Sequence record: MN642089.1 | DNA length: 64,000 nt | Source of the DNA: Klebsiella phage N1M2 | Reading direction: 5' to 3' (one strand) | In this document: piece by piece, positions 30,263 to 38,378 of the stretch | Numbering within the stretch: the first letter of the stretch is position 1 | How the letters are laid out: each line of letters opens with the position of its first letter | Translations under genes and position numbers: made by a program | The notes under the pieces: generated by a model | Seen by the model: the letters and a program-made list of their open reading frames with translations, nothing else | Database searches by the model: none | Told to the model about the DNA's origin: nothing

Positions 30263-32383
30263 ATGCTTAACAATATCGAGTTTAAAGCTTACATTAAAAA
30301 CACGATTGCTTTCGCAAGAACTATCGTTATAAAATGTAATGATATTGCGCTACTTGATAACAGGTTGATGGAGCAACACTATGGGATAAACCCAGGTACC
30401 GATCCAGCTAAGTGGCGGTACTACATGAACCTGAATGGCGAATATCACGTAACAGATGAAAAAATGTACGTACAGTCTTTGGACAACGGTGATACGATAG
30501 AGTTTACTAAAGCCAATTTAGATTTGCACTTGGCAACTAAACGAGCTTATCGCCTGGGTTCTTATTACTATACCCGACTAGTCGAAAAATATCCGTCTCA
30601 GTCAAATCTTATTAACGGTGTAATAAACCCAATTCCGCAGTCTGAATCTGTACCAGCAAAGGATTACCAAATCCTAAGGTATAACACTGATTATGTTCAA
30701 TGGAACGAATATCAGTTAATGCCTGCTTTACAGAAGCACATTGATGCAATGGTATTAGGGTCATTTCAAACAGAATACCTCTTAACCGATAACTTGATGT
30801 TGCCTTCTCTTTTAATGACCTTACACGCTTCATTAGTTTCCAACATTCTGATGTTGAGAAAAGAAGCAGCCCATACTCGTTATGCACATGACTTTTATAT
30901 ATGGAGTAAATTAAACTCCGTAGGTATTTCCAGTGTGTATAAAAAGTTCCTGGATAATAAACAAACGATGTGGTTGTTCCGTAACGTAGATTACGTTCTT
31001 CGGAAACTAGGTCGTAGAGCAACCTTTGATGATGTATTGGAAATAGTCCTTACACATCGCCGTATACCTTTATCACGTTATGAAACCATCCAGACAACTA
31101 CTGGAATGGATGAGTCATTTGAACCTCAACCTATGATGCTCAGAAGACCTATTAACCTGATAAAAGACTTCGGTATGGATAATAGGCTATTTACGATACC
31201 GGATGTACTCAAGAAAGAGAACCCCCTGGCACTCGATAACGAGGACAATTACCCAGAAGGTGAATCTCAGACTGACTACTTGATTCGGTATGGTCTTTTT
31301 GGCGAAGTACCTTCTAAGGTGCTAGAATCCAACATGACAGATACCACAGGTAGAAACCCAGATCGGTTGATGCGTGTCCTTCATAATGAATGGGTTTATT
31401 TAACATTCAACAAGTTGTACAACATCAATATCGACGTTACAGATATTCGAACAGGTAAACGATTCCGTCTAGCAATGCCTGATGCCATTATACTCTGGTA
31501 CTATTTGATTGACAGAGCACGTGGCATCGACAAGCCAGGGAAGATTCCTGAATATGAATACTGGCACGTCAGAAAGATCAAAGATCCTACCTGGCAGGAA
31601 CTAAGATTACTCGGCCATAAAGATATACTTACAGAAACTGTCTGTAAAGACATTCTTAAAGTCCATATCGATTTCCCTAACTTGATCACCCCAGACGGCT
31701 TCTTCCACAAATGTAAAGAAGTTCAGGATGGAATGTGGGATCATAAGAAACTTTATTCCAGAATACTCAACCTATTCTCTGCAACCAGGCGTAAGAATGC
31801 CGTAGACGCCTGCTATGCTGATGGTTTGGCTAAGATAGGTAATTATGCCACTTATGACGAATTCCTCACTAAGCTCGATTTAGACTTCTTAGACTATAAC
31901 CAAGATGAGTGTCTGGATTTGGCATGGTCGATCTGGAGTAAGGCAACGGGTTGGGAATATAACGATATCCAGTCGATTGGTGAACAACAGCGTATGCTGA
32001 TTAACTTGATGAAAGATTTAACAAGTTATACCGTTCAATACATCGGCTCTACAGAAACACTGGATGGTCAATTCAACTTACCATACATGATGTTAATGGA
32101 TGGGGACTATTGGTTACCAGATGGGGAAACATCACTTGAGCATGATAATGACCTCGTGTTTATTCCTCTACATAACCACGGTATCCCTGAAGCATCATTA
32201 ACAGCTAAAGAACTTACTGGGGAACTCCCTGGTGATAACTGGGGTACCGTTAATGCGGTATCAATAGGCTGTGGTAAAATTGATCTTCCTATGGTTCTTT
32301 ATCGTGTCGAGACACTTCCTCAGGTATCTGTCAATCAGATTAATTCTGCAATGACATTGAGAGAAGCTAAAACTAATGGATAG
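30263..32383 (+). CDS. hypothetical protein, 706 aa
   Basis: The track ORF 30032 overlaps the divergent gene. The first ATG past it is 30263 (MLNNIEFKAY...). AT-rich, non-optimal codons argue against an abundant sheath protein. Confidence 0.7.
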   Translation: MLNNIEFKAYIKNTIAFARTIVIKCNDIALLDNRLMEQHYGINPGTDPAKWRYYMNLNGEYHVTDEKMYVQSLDNGDTIEFTKANLDLHLATKRAYRLGSYYYTRLVEKYPSQSNLINGVINPIPQSESVPAKDYQILRYNTDYVQWNEYQLMPALQKHIDAMVLGSFQTEYLLTDNLMLPSLLMTLHASLVSNILMLRKEAAHTRYAHDFYIWSKLNSVGISSVYKKFLDNKQTMWLFRNVDYVLRKLGRRATFDDVLEIVLTHRRIPLSRYETIQTTTGMDESFEPQPMMLRRPINLIKDFGMDNRLFTIPDVLKKENPLALDNEDNYPEGESQTDYLIRYGLFGEVPSKVLESNMTDTTGRNPDRLMRVLHNEWVYLTFNKLYNINIDVTDIRTGKRFRLAMPDAIILWYYLIDRARGIDKPGKIPEYEYWHVRKIKDPTWQELRLLGHKDILTETVCKDILKVHIDFPNLITPDGFFHKCKEVQDGMWDHKKLYSRILNLFSATRRKNAVDACYADGLAKIGNYATYDEFLTKLDLDFLDYNQDECLDLAWSIWSKATGWEYNDIQSIGEQQRMLINLMKDLTSYTVQYIGSTETLDGQFNLPYMMLMDGDYWLPDGETSLEHDNDLVFIPLHNHGIPEASLTAKELTGELPGDNWGTVNAVSIGCGKIDLPMVLYRVETLPQVSVNQINSAMTLREAKTNG

Positions 32384-32714
32384 ACTCCTTAGACAATACC
32401 CAAATGAACAACGGTTAGATGTGCTCGTAAATAATGAAACTAAACTTTTGTTATTACTCGATGCGCGACATGTTGAATATGAAAAACAGGATCTTTCATT
32501 TATCAACAAACACTCCATCAAAACTGATATCAAAAATATCAGACCTTCCGATGTTGTGAGACTAGTACGTCCTTTGGGTGTTACTCTTTATTCAACCGAT
32601 ATTGAATCGATCACTGAAGTTCCAGGTGGGTATGAAGTTAATATCCACCCTCATTGTTTGGTTCATTACGGTACCTTTAAAATCAAATATCGTGAATACG
32701 TAAACGAAGGATAA
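32376..32714 (+). CDS. hypothetical protein, 112 aa
   Basis: ATG overlaps the upstream stop by 8 nt. Confidence 0.55.
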   Translation: MDRLLRQYPNEQRLDVLVNNETKLLLLLDARHVEYEKQDLSFINKHSIKTDIKNIRPSDVVRLVRPLGVTLYSTDIESITEVPGGYEVNIHPHCLVHYGTFKIKYREYVNEG

Positions 32715-32720
32715 TTCAGA

Positions 32721-33653
32721 ATGGCTAATGAAAGTGGGCGCGACTCCCAGAAACTTCCTAACCAGTTGGTAACTCCGAACGCGCTGGGTGTAATTATTAA
32801 CGCCGCTGTTTCTACAGGGCAAACCGTAGATATCCCTAAATGGACTACGATGAACGAACTTTACGACATTCTGGCTGATGAGTCTGTTGGTCGTAAGAAC
32901 GGTAAAGACTTTAAACTGGCTTACTACGGTATTGGTATTGGCGGTTCCCGTTCCATTGGTGTTGACTCTAATGGTCTGGAAGGTAGAAAAGTTTATCAAC
33001 ACAAAGCAACTGACTTCGGTGCTTTCTATCCTATTCCTTTTGTTATCCGTGAAATTGATGATGATATCGATCCAGTAATGCGTGATAACTACCGTATGCG
33101 TGTTGTTCGTAAAATCGGTGATAAGATCTACGTCATGTATTACCTGAAGTTGATTGGTTGGACTGAATTTGATCCAAGCATGAAAATTGGTGAGCGTGAT
33201 CCAGCAACTGGTAATGAAACCGAACGTCCGTACATTCCTGTTAAGGAAGACTTGACTCCTAAGCCTTATGAACTGTTGTCTACCAACAACATTCCAATTA
33301 CCAACACTTATGTGAACGGTACTGGTAAAATGGATCTGTCTCTGGACGGTAACGACCTGGAAGAAGTTCGTAACGTTTGTCGTGTTCTGTTCAACGATGC
33401 TGGTAAAGCAGCAATCAACGAAATGTATCTGGCTTACGGTATTGAATCTCGTAACACTGGTTCTATTGCCGGCGGCGGTACTGTTGAATATAAAGAACTA
33501 CAATCTGCTTGCGTTTCTTTCCAGATCACTGAAGCATATGCTCGTGATGCCAACTCCAACAGCAAAATGCCTTACTTCTTCTGGTACGGTAACTCCCTGC
33601 CGCTGCTGGTTGATCCATCTGCTGTTTCTCAGGGTGGTGCTGGTATCAAATAA
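32721..33653 (+). CDS. abundant virion protein, 310 aa (tail-tube-like size); function unknown
   Basis: Strong optimal-codon bias. RBS AAGGA upstream. Confidence 0.75.
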   Translation: MANESGRDSQKLPNQLVTPNALGVIINAAVSTGQTVDIPKWTTMNELYDILADESVGRKNGKDFKLAYYGIGIGGSRSIGVDSNGLEGRKVYQHKATDFGAFYPIPFVIREIDDDIDPVMRDNYRMRVVRKIGDKIYVMYYLKLIGWTEFDPSMKIGERDPATGNETERPYIPVKEDLTPKPYELLSTNNIPITNTYVNGTGKMDLSLDGNDLEEVRNVCRVLFNDAGKAAINEMYLAYGIESRNTGSIAGGGTVEYKELQSACVSFQITEAYARDANSNSKMPYFFWYGNSLPLLVDPSAVSQGGAGIK

Positions 33654-33672
33654 GCTTTAAGGGGATAAAGCA

Positions 33673-34290
33673 ATGACCGATCAACAAGTCCAGCTTACCC
33701 CACGTCATCTTAAACTTTCTAAATGGACCACGGTTTCGGCCGTGGTCAGTTCTATTTATGAAATGTACGGTGAACTCATCGACCCTCGTGAATTTGAAGA
33801 TCGTCATGCCTTTATAGACAAAGACGGTTTACTCACACTCCACTTGGTTGAGATAGGCACCGGTAAAGTACATTGGGTATTTAAGGACAGATATACAATA
33901 GAACGCGAGCTAAACCAAAACACCACACTGGGAAATCCTAAGGACTTCCCTTATCCAGAAGTGATGAAAAACTTTGGTATCACCGTTAATACGGAAAAGG
34001 AACTGGACTTCCTTAAAGGTTTGCCTTTAGATGTTTATTATGATTCAGGTAAGTTTAATGCAGATAAGTCACGTAAGTTGGCTGATCTTTTGAATCGTTA
34101 TGGTGTAGGTGACGGCTGGTCCGCTAACCCAAGTGGTGGGAACAGTACAGCTTACTTCATGTTGCGGTATTTTGGTCCGGGCGATAAAGCTCCGGATATT
34201 TATAACTTCAACCGAGATACTAGTCTTTTAGTTGTGGTGGAGTTAGCGATGTATGGGGGTTATAAAACCCATGCACTTTTTGTAGGATAA
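33673..34290 (+). CDS. hypothetical protein, 205 aa
   Basis: RBS AAGGGGA upstream. Clean ORF. Confidence 0.6.
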   Translation: MTDQQVQLTPRHLKLSKWTTVSAVVSSIYEMYGELIDPREFEDRHAFIDKDGLLTLHLVEIGTGKVHWVFKDRYTIERELNQNTTLGNPKDFPYPEVMKNFGITVNTEKELDFLKGLPLDVYYDSGKFNADKSRKLADLLNRYGVGDGWSANPSGGNSTAYFMLRYFGPGDKAPDIYNFNRDTSLLVVVELAMYGGYKTHALFVG

Positions 34291-34294
34291 GACT

Positions 34295-34888
34295 ATGACA
34301 GTACGCATACTAGGAATAGATCCAGGCATTACTAATCTTGGTGCGGCGGCATTGGAAGTAGACTGTTATGAAAGGAAACCGTTCAAACTTATTTATGCTG
34401 ACACATTACAGGGTGAGTATAATGAGTTTGGGGTAAGGCAGGATAACCCACAGCAAGTACGTGCACTTGGACTCACACGAGTCTATGGTCATGTGTTTGA
34501 GTTAATTGAACCTGCCGTAGTTTCTTGTGAGGATAACTTCTTAGGGATATCCCCTTCGAGTTTTAAACGCCTTATCGAAATAGTTTCTTTCATCCACCAG
34601 TACACTGTAACTAATCAGAAAGATGTTGCCTTTAGACAAGTTCTTCCTCGTCTAGCTAAAAAGATCGTTGATGCAGATTTCAGAGGGACAACTAAAGACG
34701 ATGTTACTAAAGGTCTATTGAAATGTCCTTTCTTAGATCTTAATGGTTTCGATCTGAATAAGTTAACTGAGCACGCTAATGACGCCATATTGTTAGGTCT
34801 TTATACTGCAGTTCAGTATTACCGAGATTTAGGCTGGGACGTGCTTGATGGAAAAGACATCGACAAAACAACCAAGTATCCAAAGTAA
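34295..34888 (+). CDS. RuvC-like Holliday-junction resolvase, 197 aa
   Basis: N-terminus MTVRILGIDPGITNLG matches the RuvC ILGIDPG motif holding the catalytic Asp (DNA 34307-34327). ANDAILLGL near the C-terminus matches the RuvC ADALAIA region. Confidence 0.55.
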   Translation: MTVRILGIDPGITNLGAAALEVDCYERKPFKLIYADTLQGEYNEFGVRQDNPQQVRALGLTRVYGHVFELIEPAVVSCEDNFLGISPSSFKRLIEIVSFIHQYTVTNQKDVAFRQVLPRLAKKIVDADFRGTTKDDVTKGLLKCPFLDLNGFDLNKLTEHANDAILLGLYTAVQYYRDLGWDVLDGKDIDKTTKYPK

Positions 34889-35498
34889 TGTTAATCATTG
34901 GGATAAATTCCCAATTGGTTTAAAAGCGATATCTGGGTTCAGCTCCTGTGTTACAGTTAACGCAGAAAGTGCTATTTTCATTCTATCCATTCACCTATCT
35001 GTTACTGCAGGTGTGGCGACATGGCCTGGAATTATTACAGCACTTATAATGATGGTCGGTCCGATTATCATTGCCTGGAACTTTGTTAACGCTAGAGCGA
35101 TCATAACAACTATTCTTACTCCTTCAGAAGAAGGTGGTAAGCCTGTGGAACAACAAGTTAAGGTACCACAAATACCTTCCATTGTTACTGCCACAGATTT
35201 TGCTATTGAACGTGAGTTAGTGGGACCTACCTCAGTTATCCTGAGAGCTATAGCTGGTGCCATTTCAACACATGTTATTTGTTTCTGCAGTTTGTTGTTT
35301 ACCTGGACGATACACGAGTCCATGATTGCAGGTAAACCACTACCAAGCAATACAGAATTGTTATTGGTTGTTATTGGACCTGTGGTGACGTCTTGGAACT
35401 TTGTTCGTGCAAGTGCCACTATTAATACTGTGATGCAAGGCGCTAATAAAATTGAGAAGTACCGTACTAAGCTGGCTAGTTGGATACAACCAAAATAA
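34848..35498 (+). CDS. 4-TM membrane protein with internal duplication, 216 aa; holin candidate
   Basis: Four hydrophobic helices. Two internal repeats (VGPIIIAWNFVNARAIITTIL and IGPVVTSWNFVRASATINTVM). Ends 53 nt from the spanin pair in convergent orientation. First ATG at 34848; the track start is TTG. Confidence 0.55.
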   Translation: MEKTSTKQPSIQSNVNHWDKFPIGLKAISGFSSCVTVNAESAIFILSIHLSVTAGVATWPGIITALIMMVGPIIIAWNFVNARAIITTILTPSEEGGKPVEQQVKVPQIPSIVTATDFAIERELVGPTSVILRAIAGAISTHVICFCSLLFTWTIHESMIAGKPLPSNTELLLVVIGPVVTSWNFVRASATINTVMQGANKIEKYRTKLASWIQPK

Positions 35499-35507
35499 AC
35501 AACATAC

Positions 35508-35545
35508 ACCCCTACCCCTCCAATTAAGGATGGGGTAGGGGTTAT
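35508..35545. terminator. bidirectional terminator
   Basis: cccctacccctcc-aattaa-ggatggggtagggg (13 bp plus bulge) followed by ttatgcttactattt. Near-identical to the copy at 51874-51910. Confidence 0.75.
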
Positions 35546-35550
35546 GCTTA

Positions 35551-36036
35551 CTATTTGACCAATTTAAGAGAGAGTTTAGTTTTCTCTGTAGACCCATCAT
35601 CGAAGTTGTCAATAATGGCATTGATATTTCCTATTAATCTATCAACAACTTCATTGAGTCCATTGATACGATCATTAGAAGCATCTAACTCCTTAGTGGT
35701 GCCGATCAGCAGGAGTCGAGTATGTAAGTAACACATTTCAAAATCAGGGGAACTAAGGCAATCATTGGTAGCTAGGAATTGATCCAAGTTTCCAATCATA
35801 GGTCCGATAGGTTTCCAATCTTTATTATAGATGTTACTAGGGATGTCAGTTAGTGCCGGCTTTAGAGCTACTAGCTGGCTTTTGTACAGGGTTAGTTTTT
35901 GAAGTTCCGTCTTCGCTTCCACGTACGTCTCCGCTTCCGATATTTTCGGACCGGCGCAACCGGAGATCGTAAAGATCAGAAAGAGTCCCGCTATCCCTTT
36001 TAGGATCATACCCATATTTCTCATAAAGGTTTTCAT
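35551..36036 (-). CDS. o-spanin (outer-membrane lipoprotein), 161 aa
   Basis: The ORF is out of frame with, and partly inside, the i-spanin gene. The internal ATG at 36036 follows GAAGG. Signal peptide MKTFMRNMGMILKGIAGLFLIFTISG|C has lipobox ISGC. The mature part holds 2 Cys and many Pro. Confidence 0.5.
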   Translation of the reverse strand: MKTFMRNMGMILKGIAGLFLIFTISGCAGPKISEAETYVEAKTELQKLTLYKSQLVALKPALTDIPSNIYNKDWKPIGPMIGNLDQFLATNDCLSSPDFEMCYLHTRLLLIGTTKELDASNDRINGLNEVVDRLIGNINAIIDNFDDGSTEKTKLSLKLVK

Positions 36037-36295
36037 AATCGCCTTCGCGTTTAAGATTATTAGCATAAGTAGACTTCTGTAAGTTTTCTGTCCACTCTCG
36101 TTGGGCATTGGCTGTCTTAGTCATATTCTCAGCAGTAACAGAGATACGGTCAACAGCAATAGTTAGTTTATCGATAGTATCTTTACTTACCGTACTATCT
36201 TGCTTAAAGATCAACCACCCACCAATGAATAAAACTAATATCCAAAGTGCAATGGTGTTCAAAGCAGCTAACTTATTTTTCAAAGCGTCATTCAT
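35846..36295 (-). CDS. i-spanin (type-II inner-membrane protein), 149 aa
   Basis: Short cytoplasmic N-terminus, one TM (IALWILVLFIGGWLIF), then a charged helical periplasmic domain. Its 3' half overlaps the lipoprotein ORF. ATGA-coupled to the upstream gene. Confidence 0.55.
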   Translation of the reverse strand: MNDALKNKLAALNTIALWILVLFIGGWLIFKQDSTVSKDTIDKLTIAVDRISVTAENMTKTANAQREWTENLQKSTYANNLKREGDYENLYEKYGYDPKRDSGTLSDLYDLRLRRSENIGSGDVRGSEDGTSKTNPVQKPASSSKAGTN

Positions 36296-37521
36296 CTTGT
36301 CTTTCCTAGATCAACAGCGTGAATCTTAAACATCCACCCTTTCATTAATGTTCCTGGATCACCTGGGTTAATGCTGTCGTTTGGAACAACGTTACCATCA
36401 AGAGTACCAGTAGTTAACATGGGGTATTTGTTATAGACACGCAAGTCGTGAGACCAGAGACGTTGACCAATACCATACGTCCTGATGTATGGAACTGGGA
36501 ACATCCCATTATCCACTACTAAAGGATGTTGGAACTTCTCTTCAGTGTGGAGCACAGTCGGGTAATGGAAGGTAGTCATAGGACTGACATCCACACCCAC
36601 ACTAGGGTTATCGATTAACACGATGAAACTATTATCAGCCAAGAGAGCTTGCTGCTTGTAAGTATCGAACTTAGTGAGGTTCGTTAACTTAGGTGTTCTG
36701 GTGTAGTGTTGATAGTTGAAGTAATGATGGATAACATCAAAAGCTGTGAGATCAATAGAGATACGATCATCAGCAACTTTATAAACAATATCTGTATCAA
36801 CCATCAGCTGTCCATTAACGACAACATAAATGGTTTTAGCATTCAAGTCATCTTTTACTTTTACTTCCCAACGTTTATTAGAAGTAGTCGAGACTTCTTG
36901 AAGAATATCCTTAGTAATCGGGATCGTTTTAACTTTACCGATTTTCTGGAAATTGAGAGCGCCAATGCGCAGGTCTTTACGATTCTTAATATAATCAAGA
37001 CCAGCGCCTAATAAATAGATTCCATCTTTACGTCCAACCGACCGAGTAAAGACACCATTAACTTGGAACAATGCATGATCATTAATATGATTGTAATCGA
37101 TATTTTGATACCTGTATTGTTCTATTCTGATATCAGGTGCACCATCAGAAGTGAGTAGGTCCTGTCTATCATTTGCGAGGTTTATGTTAGCCGGATAGTG
37201 GAAGTAACCATAGGTGAAAATACGTTCCAACTTAACATAACGGTACTTATCACCAGGCATAACGTCAGATAAAGTCAAGACATCATTTACTTTGGTATCT
37301 AACCATTTCTGAATAGTTAATGTTGGATTTTTGGCGAAGTCAAGTCGGTAATCTTGAAGAGTTATACAAACCTTATCTTTGAACATACTGTCATCAATGA
37401 CAATATAAAGAAGGTCAAACAACTTCTCAAGATCAGCGACGCTATAGTCAGCAATATCAACTATGTGATAGCCTGGTCTATAGTCTCTGTATCGCCCCAC
37501 TGAGTATTTGTATGTATACAT
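36292..37521 (-). CDS. hypothetical protein, 409 aa
   Basis: Clean ORF with RBS GAGG upstream. Its stop overlaps the i-spanin start (TCATGA). Confidence 0.7.
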   Translation of the reverse strand: MYTYKYSVGRYRDYRPGYHIVDIADYSVADLEKLFDLLYIVIDDSMFKDKVCITLQDYRLDFAKNPTLTIQKWLDTKVNDVLTLSDVMPGDKYRYVKLERIFTYGYFHYPANINLANDRQDLLTSDGAPDIRIEQYRYQNIDYNHINDHALFQVNGVFTRSVGRKDGIYLLGAGLDYIKNRKDLRIGALNFQKIGKVKTIPITKDILQEVSTTSNKRWEVKVKDDLNAKTIYVVVNGQLMVDTDIVYKVADDRISIDLTAFDVIHHYFNYQHYTRTPKLTNLTKFDTYKQQALLADNSFIVLIDNPSVGVDVSPMTTFHYPTVLHTEEKFQHPLVVDNGMFPVPYIRTYGIGQRLWSHDLRVYNKYPMLTTGTLDGNVVPNDSINPGDPGTLMKGWMFKIHAVDLGKTR

Positions 37522-37550
37522 GTTCTAAACCTTATAGAGGAACATAGCTA

Positions 37551-38315
37551 ATGTCAAAAGATTCAAGGGTTCAAGTATCTGGCAAAATAGTTTATCCATG
37601 GAACCCGTTCCAGGATTTAGCTGATTGTCGTGTTACTGGAGAACCAGTACACGTTGAAGGTGGAAACAAAGGAGCAATTGTTGTTCCTCGTAATGGTCCA
37701 TTCTTCAGCCGTAACTTTGTTATTAAAAAGAAAGGGTCTGATCGCCCCCTTAGTATGGAAGCAGGTGAATATAGTTTCATCCATCCATTCGGTGCCTTCA
37801 TTAAACGTTACAACCGTTTAGCCTGGGGCGCTATTGTTATTAAGGGTGTTGCTACCCCTACTGATTACATTATTGAGTATGACACCATTGGTGGTGATTT
37901 TGTACTAAATGATGCAGCTTATGCGGAAGCAGTAGCTAATACTCTTACAGCCCCACGTACGATTGACTGGAACGATATTGTCAATCTACCTCTGGTATGG
38001 CCACCAGATCCACACGAACACCCAGCATCAGATACCATGAACTATGGTGACTTGATCGCTTGGATGCAATCTTACTTGGATGCCATCACAGATACCGACA
38101 CCAGTGTTAGTTTCGTATCTGAATTCAAGAAACACTTAGAAGCGGATCTTCAGGATGCCCACAAAGCAACCCTGGAGATGTTAGGTGTTGCGCATCTTAA
38201 AGACTGGGCGATGGCAGAGGTTAAAGATATCGAAGGTAACTCTACCGAACTGCTTGTTAACATCGCTGTCTTGAAAGAAGCCATTCGTGGGTATAGTCGT
38301 GGTGATTGGCGTTAA
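37551..38315 (+). CDS. small tail-fibre-module protein, 254 aa, carrying one phage tail-fibre repeat motif
   Basis: TIDWNDIVNLPLVWPPDPHEHPASD (DNA 37963-38040) matches the DW..I.NKP....H.H motif of T4/lambda fibre repeats and of the next two genes. Confidence 0.6.
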   Translation: MSKDSRVQVSGKIVYPWNPFQDLADCRVTGEPVHVEGGNKGAIVVPRNGPFFSRNFVIKKKGSDRPLSMEAGEYSFIHPFGAFIKRYNRLAWGAIVIKGVATPTDYIIEYDTIGGDFVLNDAAYAEAVANTLTAPRTIDWNDIVNLPLVWPPDPHEHPASDTMNYGDLIAWMQSYLDAITDTDTSVSFVSEFKKHLEADLQDAHKATLEMLGVAHLKDWAMAEVKDIEGNSTELLVNIAVLKEAIRGYSRGDWR

Positions 38316-38378
38316 ATGATATTCACCTTAACCGGAATCTTCGGGTTCCGGTTAAATATATGAAAAGGGTTATATCCA

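Noticed and set aside
30263-32383. Tail sheath assignment for the 706-aa protein (size match; followed by small gene and abundant 310-aa gene)
   Set aside because: Codon usage is AT-rich with many aga/ata/cta codons, unlike the abundant-protein genes. No sheath motif recognised. Left as hypothetical.
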